A DNA stretch of 32,000 nt, taken from positions 420,001 to 452,000 of the forward strand of contig AP031373.1 in NCBI GenBank assembly GCA_042850255.1. Reading direction: 5' to 3'. This document shows, piece by piece, positions 15,542-23,392 of this stretch. The notes beneath the pieces were generated by a model. That model was not told the DNA's origin and did no database searches. It saw only the letters and a program-made list of their open reading frames with translations. The translations under genes were made by a program, and so were the position numbers. The DNA is from Nanobdellota archaeon. Its GTDB lineage: Archaea; Nanobdellota; Nanobdellia; Nanobdellales; Nanobdellaceae. Positions within the stretch are counted from its first letter, which is position 1; the number at the start of each line of letters is the position of its first letter.

Positions 15542-16854
15542 CTATTTACTCTATATACATATATAGAACAATCATTTGGATCTATATAATAATATATTAA
15601 TGATATATTATAGTTTTCAGGATCGAAGGGAAATGGAGTTCCACAATTTGGTGAATATACAATAAATTGTGGATATACTCTTGGAATTAAATATGTAGCA
15701 TTATACATTATATATACCTGTGCATTAGTATAATATGCAATCATTGGCCAAAAAACATTTGTTAAAATTACTTTAGGTTTATATTGGTTTAAAAACATCG
15801 AAGCTTGATAAACATAATTTAAATATGTATTACCTAAATTTGTATTATAATTTAACAAAAATATAAAACCATAATACATTGATATAATACCAGATATAGA
15901 AAATAATAAAAAGTAGGGTAACCTTAATCCTTTTATATTCTCTATGAATTTTCTAGTAATTATCACAAATACTGGCAATAACATTAATATATATCTAGCA
16001 TCCTTTGCCTTTACAAAGAATGCCAAAAATATTAAAGATAAAATTATATATAAATATATTGCTTTTTCCGAATTGTTAAATTTCTTTGGATTTTGAAATA
16101 ATGATAATAGATATATTCCAGAAAAAATGAGTAAATTATATACTAATAATGTTATTGGTTGAGAAGATGTATAAGTATATACAACTTCTGCCTGCTTAAT
16201 AAAAATATATATTGGATTATGATATAAAATAATATTGTATAAAAAGTATGGTAGAGCAAATATTAATGAATAAATTATTGTTTTTATTCTATCTTTATTA
16301 TTTTTTAAAAATACTAATGATGATATAATCCATAATCCAAATTCATATTTTGCTAATATAGACAAATCTGAAAACAAAGAATATAATATTAGATTTCTTT
16401 CTTTATTATCTTCAAGAAATCTTGTGTAAAAGTATATTGAAAATATTAACATAGACATTGCCAATATATCTGGATATATTCTAGAACCCCATATTAATAT
16501 TAATCCATTTATTGAATAAAATAAAATTAATAGAAAATTTATCCAGTTATCATTATATTTTCTTAATATTTTATATAAAAATACTGTAGATAAGGAATAA
16601 ATTATTACTAAAAATAATTTAATTGCAAATATATTAAAATTAGTTATATAAGCAATTGGTGGCAATGTCCACCAGAGTAATGGGAATCTATAATATTCAA
16701 AGTAAGGAGTATTAAATAATATATGTTTTACATTGTCTAAATATGCATATTCATCCCAAAATAAAATTGGTGGAGAGGTTATAATTACTAATAATTGTGG
16801 AATAAATGATATAAGGAATATATAAATATATTTTTTTAGATCATCCTTATTCAT
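15526..16854 (-). CDS. GT-C fold glycosyltransferase (PMT/ArnT-like, family 39/83 type)
   Basis: It is 442 aa with about 11 TM helices. An acidic first-loop motif FWDEYAYLDN (the DE motif of PMT_2/ArnT-type enzymes) follows TM1. The 3' end overlaps the convergent gene by 16 nt. Confidence 0.7.
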   Translation of the reverse strand: MNKDDLKKYIYIFLISFIPQLLVIITSPPILFWDEYAYLDNVKHILFNTPYFEYYRFPLLWWTLPPIAYITNFNIFAIKLFLVIIYSLSTVFLYKILRKYNDNWINFLLILFYSINGLILIWGSRIYPDILAMSMLIFSIYFYTRFLEDNKERNLILYSLFSDLSILAKYEFGLWIISSLVFLKNNKDRIKTIIYSLIFALPYFLYNIILYHNPIYIFIKQAEVVYTYTSSQPITLLVYNLLIFSGIYLLSLFQNPKKFNNSEKAIYLYIILSLIFLAFFVKAKDARYILMLLPVFVIITRKFIENIKGLRLPYFLLFSISGIISMYYGFIFLLNYNTNLGNTYLNYVYQASMFLNQYKPKVILTNVFWPMIAYYTNAQVYIMYNATYLIPRVYPQFIVYSPNCGTPFPFDPENYNISLIYYYIDPNDCSIYVYRVNSYEVK

Positions 16855-16889
16855 TTTTTATTTATAAGGTAAATTTTTATATATTTTCT

Positions 16890-18407
16890 ATGAGAATAGA
16901 GAAACCTGAAATACACTATAATGCTTTAGATGTTTTGGCAAATCAAATTGTTGGTATGACTATAGAATATGGTGAGGTAGATATAGATTTTGTTTGGAAT
17001 ACTATAAAAAGATTATATATTTATAAAGATTTAAGTTATGAAGAATTTTTGGAAATTATAAATTTCCTAGATTCTATAAGAATATTAAGAAAAGATAATA
17101 ATAAATTAATAAAAACTAGAAAAGGACTGTTCTATTTTTTAGATAATATTTCTATGATACCTGATGAAAAATCTTATGATGTATATGATATAACTACTGG
17201 CCAAAAGATTGGGATACTACATGAAGAATTTGTTGCAAAGCATGGTAATATTGGTACAATTTTTATATTAAGAGGATTACCATGGAAAATTGAAAAAATT
17301 GATAAAAAAAGAATATATGTATCTTTACAAAACGATTTTGAATCTGCTATACCTTCCTGGGAAGGGGAATTATTACCTGTACCATTTGAAGTTGCACAAG
17401 AAGCTCAGGATTTAAAGAAAGAATTATTGGATCTAGAAGAATTAAGGAATCAAGAATTATACTTTTATCCAGATAAAAATAATATATATATTGAACAATA
17501 TAAGGATTGGTTCATAATACATGCTCCATTTGGGAATAAAGTAAATGATTCTATATCTAGAATATTATCTCAAATTATTTCTGATAAATTTGGTATAGTT
17601 GTAGGGATAAAAACAGATCCTTATAGAATATTACTAAAAGCAGGTTTTATTAAAAAAGAAGATATAAAAAATATATTAGAAAATATAAAACCTGAAGAAG
17701 TAGAATTAATATTGGAAAAGGCTATAGTAAATACTGATTTATTTTTATGGAAATTTTCACATGTAGCAAAAAGATTTGGAGTAATAAGAAAAGATGCGGA
17801 TTATTCTAGATCTACTTTAAGGAGAATACTAGAACATATTAACAATTCTCCAGTATATAAAGAAACATTAAATGAATTATTTATAGAAAAATTAGATATA
17901 AAGAATACCAAAAAAGTATTTGAAAAAATACAAAATGGAGAAATAAAGGTAAATATTGTTGATAAAGAAACTTTATCACCTTTAGGTGTATTAGGATTAG
18001 AACAATATGTTTCTGATGTATTAATTTCTGATAAATGGAGAGAAATATTAAAATTAGTAAAGGATAGAATAGAAAATACAGAAATGATATTGGTTTGTAT
18101 GGCGTGTAAATCAAAATATAAAATAAAAGTAAAAGATTATAAACAGGGATTTAAATGTAAAAAATGTGGTGGAGAATATTTTGGAGTTGCAAAAAATGAA
18201 GAAGATATTAAAGATGAAAAGAAACTAAATATTACTGCAGAATTATTAAAAAATTATGGATATAAATTTTTATTTATATATGCGGGAAGGGGAATTAGTT
18301 ATTTATCTGCAAAATTTTTGTTAAAAAAAGAATATAAAAATGAAGAAGAATTGTTATTAGATATAATTGAATATGAAAAAAGAGGATTAAAGTTTGCAAA
18401 AAGATAG
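16890..18407 (+). CDS. free-standing C-terminal module of an Lhr-type (large helicase-related) protein: winged-helix/DEAD_assoc domain plus Zn ribbon; no helicase core
   Basis: It begins ...YNALDVLANQIVGM, the LDVLAQ motif that follows the RecA-like domains in Lhr proteins. It ends with CMAC-x19-CKKC (a Zn ribbon). No Walker A, DEAD or motif VI is present anywhere in the ORF. The upstream neighbour is on the opposite strand. A TATA TTTATAAGG lies at -29 to -21. Confidence 0.65.
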   Translation: MRIEKPEIHYNALDVLANQIVGMTIEYGEVDIDFVWNTIKRLYIYKDLSYEEFLEIINFLDSIRILRKDNNKLIKTRKGLFYFLDNISMIPDEKSYDVYDITTGQKIGILHEEFVAKHGNIGTIFILRGLPWKIEKIDKKRIYVSLQNDFESAIPSWEGELLPVPFEVAQEAQDLKKELLDLEELRNQELYFYPDKNNIYIEQYKDWFIIHAPFGNKVNDSISRILSQIISDKFGIVVGIKTDPYRILLKAGFIKKEDIKNILENIKPEEVELILEKAIVNTDLFLWKFSHVAKRFGVIRKDADYSRSTLRRILEHINNSPVYKETLNELFIEKLDIKNTKKVFEKIQNGEIKVNIVDKETLSPLGVLGLEQYVSDVLISDKWREILKLVKDRIENTEMILVCMACKSKYKIKVKDYKQGFKCKKCGGEYFGVAKNEEDIKDEKKLNITAELLKNYGYKFLFIYAGRGISYLSAKFLLKKEYKNEEELLLDIIEYEKRGLKFAKR

Positions 18408-18436
18408 TTTATAAATATTTTTTATAAATAAACTTA

Positions 18437-19117
18437 ATGGCTAATGTAGTTAAAACGGCATATGATTTATATAAAAAAGATATAATATCTGGAATATTAT
18501 TTTCTTTAGCTATAACTGTTATGGGTTTACTATTTGTTATCCCAGTAATAGGCGCAATAATATACTCATTTGTTTTCCCAAGACTTTTAGTATGGTATTA
18601 TCAAAAATTATCTGGTGAAAAATTAAATCCAAACTATAAAGTATCATTTATATCAATATTTATTCCATCCCTAATATTATCTATTGGAATATTTTTATTA
18701 TTACTTGTATTAATTTTTGGAATATTTTCTTATGGATTAGGAGGAACGATTAATTCTAGTTATATTCTTAATACTCAATATCTTTATAACCAAAATATAT
18801 TTTCTACTTATTTAGGTATTTTATCAATTGTAATAATATTTATAGGTATTGTTATCTACTTATTTTCTTTATATTCTTTTTATGGATCATTATTTGGTAA
18901 AGTAGATAAATATAAATTAGATCTTTGGAATTCCATAGAAATATTTGTATATTATCTATCTATAGGACTTATAGTAAGTGTAATATTTGATATAATAGAT
19001 GCTTTATTTTCTTTAGCATCTCCAATAGCAGGTTTTATAATAGGATTAATTTTCTTGATATTATTTGGAATAGAAATACAATATTTAGTTCCAATGGTTG
19101 TTATGAAGAATTTATAA
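18437..19117 (+). CDS. paralog 1 of a tandem triplicated multipass membrane protein family (226 aa)
   Basis: It has about 5 TM helices. Blocks shared with the two downstream genes are AYxLYKKDI, P(I/V)IGAIIYS, FPRLLVWYYQKLSGEKLNPNYKVSFISIFIP, LFSLYSFYGSLFGKVDKYKLD and LVPMVVMKNL. A TATA TTTATAAATA lies about 25 nt upstream. Confidence 0.8.
   Translation: MANVVKTAYDLYKKDIISGILFSLAITVMGLLFVIPVIGAIIYSFVFPRLLVWYYQKLSGEKLNPNYKVSFISIFIPSLILSIGIFLLLLVLIFGIFSYGLGGTINSSYILNTQYLYNQNIFSTYLGILSIVIIFIGIVIYLFSLYSFYGSLFGKVDKYKLDLWNSIEIFVYYLSIGLIVSVIFDIIDALFSLASPIAGFIIGLIFLILFGIEIQYLVPMVVMKNL
18577..18666 (+). repeat. 90-nt tract 100% identical to 20094-20183 (copy in paralog 1)
   Basis: By hand alignment, cccaagacttttagtatggtattatcaaaaattatctggtgaaaaattaaatccaaactataaagtatcatttatatcaatatttattcc is identical in both genes. 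The flanking codons diverge immediately on both sides. Confidence 0.9.
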
Positions 19118-19257
19118 TTTTTTAAATATCTAGATATATTACATGGTTTTTTAAAAGTCTATTAGATTTGTAAAGGGGCTATATAGATTTAATATAAAGA
19201 AAGAAAGATAAAATTTACAAAAATATAATTTATAAATATTTCTTTTAAGTAAAATTA

Positions 19258-19917
19258 ATGACTAATATAATTCAAACAGCCTATAAATTATATAGAAAAG
19301 ATATATTGTCCGGAAGAATATTTTCTTTGGTTACCATATTATTGCAGACATTAGTTTTCTTTCCAATAGTTGGTGCTATAATATTCTCATACTTTTTTCC
19401 AAAGGTATTGACCTGGTATTATCAAAAATTATCTGGAGAAAAACTAAATCCAAATTATCATGTTTCGTTTATTTCTCTCCTTGTACCATCTATGATTGCT
19501 AGTATTGGGGGTATATTTTTGTTTTTGGGAATATTTAGTGTAATTGGTCTTTTATCTCATTCATCAAGTTATTCAATATATAATTTATCTGCTTTCCATG
19601 CATCTTCGGGATTTTTCTCAGTTTTTATGGTATTTGAGATAATTGCACTTATAGTATATATACTATCATTATATTCTTTTTATGGATCTTTATTTGGTAA
19701 GGTAAATAAATACAAGTTAGACTTTTCTAACTCTATTAAAATATTTGCATATGTTCTTTTAATAGGAATTGTTGTATATGGAATATACTATATATTAATT
19801 CTTGTATTTTCTCCTATGGCTGGTTTTGTAGGGGAGATAATTGGTACGATATTTATGATAATTATTGGAATACAGCTTTATTACTTAGTGCCAATGCTTG
19901 TTGCAAAGAATCTATAA
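19258..19917 (+). CDS. paralog 2 of the triplicated membrane protein family (219 aa)
   Basis: It has the same block structure (WYYQKLSGEKLNPNYHVSFIS, LSLYSFYGSLFGKVNKYKLD, LVPMLVAKNL). The 5' and 3' flanks are conserved with paralog 1. Confidence 0.8.
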   Translation: MTNIIQTAYKLYRKDILSGRIFSLVTILLQTLVFFPIVGAIIFSYFFPKVLTWYYQKLSGEKLNPNYHVSFISLLVPSMIASIGGIFLFLGIFSVIGLLSHSSSYSIYNLSAFHASSGFFSVFMVFEIIALIVYILSLYSFYGSLFGKVNKYKLDFSNSIKIFAYVLLIGIVVYGIYYILILVFSPMAGFVGEIIGTIFMIIIGIQLYYLVPMLVAKNL

Positions 19918-19947
19918 TTTTTAAATATCTATATATTAATATTTTTT

Positions 19948-20595
19948 ATGAACTTTACAGGGTATGTAAAAGATACCTATAATTTATACAAGAAAAATAT
20001 AGTTTTAGGATTTGCTTATGGTATATTAAAAAATATATTGGTTTTAGTAAATGCTATACCAATTATTGGTGTATATATTTATTCTTATTATTACCCAAGA
20101 CTTTTAGTATGGTATTATCAAAAATTATCTGGTGAAAAATTAAATCCAAACTATAAAGTATCATTTATATCAATATTTATTCCTCAGATATTACAAAACA
20201 TATTATTATTCGTATCATTCTTAGTTATAATCTATTTTTATTTATCTTCTTATTTTTTAACATTTAAATATAGTTTTTCCTCTTTATTATCCGGATTATC
20301 TATTTCATATTCTATAATGTTGGGTATATCTTTCCTTATCTATTTATTTTCTTTATATTCATTTTATGGTTCCCTATATGGTAAAGTAGATAAATATAAT
20401 TTTGAGGTTAATAATTCTTCCATTTTATTCTTTAATATATTATCTTTGTCATTGGTATTTGGAATAATAGAAATTCTAGTTTCTTTGATTGTTTTAATTA
20501 ATACTTTATTATTAATAGTACCTATATTAATATGGATACTTTTCTTTACTTCAATTTTAGATCTACTACCAATGATAGTTATAAAGGATATGTAA
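19948..20595 (+). CDS. paralog 3 of the triplicated membrane protein family (215 aa)
   Basis: It has the same blocks (YPRLLVWYYQKLSGEKLNPNYKVSFISIFIP, LFSLYSFYGSLYGKVDKYNFE, LLPMIVIKDM). The remainder is the most divergent of the three. It starts 30 nt after the paralog 2 stop. Confidence 0.8.
   Translation: MNFTGYVKDTYNLYKKNIVLGFAYGILKNILVLVNAIPIIGVYIYSYYYPRLLVWYYQKLSGEKLNPNYKVSFISIFIPQILQNILLFVSFLVIIYFYLSSYFLTFKYSFSSLLSGLSISYSIMLGISFLIYLFSLYSFYGSLYGKVDKYNFEVNNSSILFFNILSLSLVFGIIEILVSLIVLINTLLLIVPILIWILFFTSILDLLPMIVIKDM
20094..20183 (+). repeat. 90-nt tract 100% identical to 18577-18666 (copy in paralog 3)
   Basis: As for the partner copy. The homologous stretch in the intervening paralog 2 (about 19397-19486) differs at many positions, especially at both ends. 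Confidence 0.9.
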
Positions 20596-20636
20596 TTATC
20601 CTTTAGTGGTTATTATTTTTAATCAAAAAAAGAAAG

Positions 20637-20646
20637 ATTTTTAAAT
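20637..20646 (+). promoter_or_regulatory. TATA-box-like element upstream of the S-layer gene
   Basis: TTTTTAAATA is centred about 27 nt upstream of the ATG at 20669, the spacing seen at many other genes in this window. This is consistent with a leaderless or near-leaderless transcript. Confidence 0.5.
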
Positions 20647-20668
20647 ACTACCATAATCTTATTTAATC

Positions 20669-23347
20669 ATGGAAAAGAAATATAAAGGAGGACATAGAAA
20701 TATATCTTTTATGATGAAAGGTAAGACTTTGGCTGCCATAGGTGCATTAACAGCACTAGGTTTGGCAATATATGCACAATCTGGAACACCAACAATTGGA
20801 CAATTGGCTCAAGCAATGAAGACAAATCCAACAGCATGGACAGTAGTAGTAGGAGCAAATGCAAAGGCATCAGATGTTGTCGGGGCTTCAAATATAATTG
20901 CAGCTTTAGAAACATTTACTTCTGTACCAACAACTTCTTCAGTTAATACATCCTCATTACAAGTACAATTACAAGGAACAATTCCAGTATTACAAAATTC
21001 ATATCCATTATATACACAAGGACAACCATTGTACTTAGGTGATTCATTAAGTACATCAATACAAACAATACAAGTTGGATCAGGATCATTTACAGCAAAT
21101 TACAATGGACAACAAACAACATATTCATATACAGCATATGTACAAACACAACCATCATATACATTAAGTTATGTACAAGCAACACCGGGACAATCTACAC
21201 CAGAAGTTGCATTAGCAACAACCAATCCACAATCATCTCCAATTGCATTAACAGTATACTTCACTCCAGCATTAAACTTAACACAATTATCACAATCACC
21301 ACAACCAATACAAATATTTAATACAACATATTATATAGTACCATCTTCAAATTCTAATTATATTAACTTTGTACCAGCAGCACAAGTTGTAACATTAAAC
21401 GTAAACCAATCAACAACATTTAATGGTGTACAAATTACATTACAAGGTGTAACTGCTCAATATTCTTCAGGTACAACAGTTTCATCTGGAGTCCCAGCTG
21501 CAGTATTAAATATAAATGGACAAACATATACAGTACAAGTAGGTTCACAATTATATGTTGATGGAGTAAATATATTAGTAGTAAACATATATGGACCATT
21601 ATCAACAGTTGTAAGTACTACACAAACTGGATATGTTGAATTAGTACTAGGTACTTCTGGATATCAATTGCCTATATCAACAACACCAGCTAATATATTA
21701 ACATCTTCAGGACAAGTATTAGATAATGCACAAGTTCAAATGTCAGAACAAGGAACTAATTTAATATCATCAATTACATTCTTATTCCCACAATTACCAG
21801 AAATTGGAACATCAGGAAATTACGGAGTTGTTAATGGACATTCATATCCATTACCATTATTCAATTATGAATTAACATTCCCATCTGTAACAATACCAGC
21901 ACAAAATTCCGATTTAGTACAAGTACAAGCATCAACTGTTGGAAGTATGGAATATCAATTTACATTATCATATCCAGATGCAGTAACAGGAAAGACATAT
22001 TCATTCACATTATTCAATTATAATGGAGACTTAGTACCATTCCAAACTGGTACAGTAACCACATCAGCACCTGTTACAACTACTTATTACTATGCAGGTG
22101 AATTTGTACCAATAAACATGGCTACACCTATAAATGCAACTACTAATTATACTTCAATGACAATTACAACAGGACAATACTTCGCAGTATATAATCCAAC
22201 TGCTGGAGCATCACAAATATTCCAATTACAATCTATAACAACCGGATCAAATGGACAACCAGAAGCTACAGTAGAAGATGTAATATCTGGACAAACATAT
22301 ACATTATATCAAGGACAACCATTAATAGTTGCAGATGGTGTAGCAATAAATGTAACAGCAATTAATACTAATGAAAGTTATGTAACATTATCTGCTCCAA
22401 ATGGATATGGTGTAAATCTAAACTCATTATGGGTAGTACTACCAGGACCATCTCCAACTCAATCACCAGTACTTAGTTTAACAGGTTTTGGTAATACATC
22501 AGTATCTGTAGAAATATCTGAATATTATCCAGGATACACAGGATTAAATACTAATCCAGATAATGCAACATTTACATTAAGTGCAACAAACGGTATAGGA
22601 GCTCCAACTACAACAGATATACCAAAAGGTGTAGTAGAGCCTTTAACAGTAACATCAGGAACAACGACAGTAAGCTACTGGTTAGATATGGCAGGTACAT
22701 ATATAACGGAAACATCAACAGGAAGTTCAGGAACACAAACATTGGCAGTATATGTACCATTAACACCAATTACATATCCAATTTCATTAGCACCAACAGG
22801 TGCACAAACACAGCAAGAAACAACAACAGTAGGTGTTGGACAAACAATACCTGGAACTCAACTAACAGTTGTCGGAGTATCTGGTGTATCAACAACAGGA
22901 TATTCACAACCAACAGCATTAGTAGGAAAAGTAATATTAGATACACAAGTAACACCTTCAATGAGCGATATAGTAGTTGTAGGAGGACCAGCAGTTAACA
23001 TGTTAGCAGCAGATGCAATAAGACAATGGGTAGCTGAAATGAATTCAACATTAGCAATGCAATTACCATCTTCAGGATATATAACAGGTTCACAATTACA
23101 ACCAGTATTACAACAATTAGGAGTTGACTTTGGACCAGGTACATCATTAATATTTGTAGGAGGACAATATCCAAATGAATTAGTAATATTTGGATGGTAC
23201 GGAAATGATACAACAGAAGCAACAGAATTATTCGCAAACTACTTACTATATGGAACAGATGCAGCACAACTAAGCAATTACACATTAGTATTATTGAACG
23301 ATCAGCAAACAGTAAACGGTTTACCATCAGTTACACCAATTCAATAA
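20669..23347 (+). CDS. S-layer protein (Methanococcales/Nanoarchaeum-type S_layer_N and S_layer_C motifs)
   Basis: It has a signal-peptide-like MMKGKTLAAIGALTALGLAIYA. The N-terminal VVVGANAKASDVVGASNIIAAL and C-terminal DIVVVGGPAVNMLAADAI match the conserved ends of archaeal S-layer proteins. Composition is T/S/Q/N/V/G/Y-rich with few charged residues, and I hand-counted 13 N-X-S/T sequons. Codon use and GC differ from the neighbours, as expected for a highly expressed gene. An alternative start is at 20711. Confidence 0.85.
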   Translation: MEKKYKGGHRNISFMMKGKTLAAIGALTALGLAIYAQSGTPTIGQLAQAMKTNPTAWTVVVGANAKASDVVGASNIIAALETFTSVPTTSSVNTSSLQVQLQGTIPVLQNSYPLYTQGQPLYLGDSLSTSIQTIQVGSGSFTANYNGQQTTYSYTAYVQTQPSYTLSYVQATPGQSTPEVALATTNPQSSPIALTVYFTPALNLTQLSQSPQPIQIFNTTYYIVPSSNSNYINFVPAAQVVTLNVNQSTTFNGVQITLQGVTAQYSSGTTVSSGVPAAVLNINGQTYTVQVGSQLYVDGVNILVVNIYGPLSTVVSTTQTGYVELVLGTSGYQLPISTTPANILTSSGQVLDNAQVQMSEQGTNLISSITFLFPQLPEIGTSGNYGVVNGHSYPLPLFNYELTFPSVTIPAQNSDLVQVQASTVGSMEYQFTLSYPDAVTGKTYSFTLFNYNGDLVPFQTGTVTTSAPVTTTYYYAGEFVPINMATPINATTNYTSMTITTGQYFAVYNPTAGASQIFQLQSITTGSNGQPEATVEDVISGQTYTLYQGQPLIVADGVAINVTAINTNESYVTLSAPNGYGVNLNSLWVVLPGPSPTQSPVLSLTGFGNTSVSVEISEYYPGYTGLNTNPDNATFTLSATNGIGAPTTTDIPKGVVEPLTVTSGTTTVSYWLDMAGTYITETSTGSSGTQTLAVYVPLTPITYPISLAPTGAQTQQETTTVGVGQTIPGTQLTVVGVSGVSTTGYSQPTALVGKVILDTQVTPSMSDIVVVGGPAVNMLAADAIRQWVAEMNSTLAMQLPSSGYITGSQLQPVLQQLGVDFGPGTSLIFVGGQYPNELVIFGWYGNDTTEATELFANYLLYGTDAAQLSNYTLVLLNDQQTVNGLPSVTPIQ

Positions 23348-23392
23348 ATTTTTTCTTAAACTTTTTATTTTTCCTAAACTTATTTTTATAAT

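Noticed and set aside
17881-18114. 77-aa minus-strand ORF inside the Lhr C-terminal module gene
   Set aside because: It is an antisense shadow ORF with hydrophobic low-complexity composition.
20685-20689. GGAGG upstream of the internal ATG 20711 as a Shine-Dalgarno site for the S-layer gene
   Set aside because: The spacing to the ATG is about 21 nt, well outside the usual 5-10 nt. It is mentioned only as part of the start-codon ambiguity.
20709-23327. Three minus-strand ORFs (20709-20915, 22770-22961, 22995-23327) opposite the S-layer gene
   Set aside because: All are L/V/H-rich translations of the reverse complement of the T/Q/N/V-rich S-layer codons. The plus-strand gene has strong N- and C-terminal S-layer motifs.
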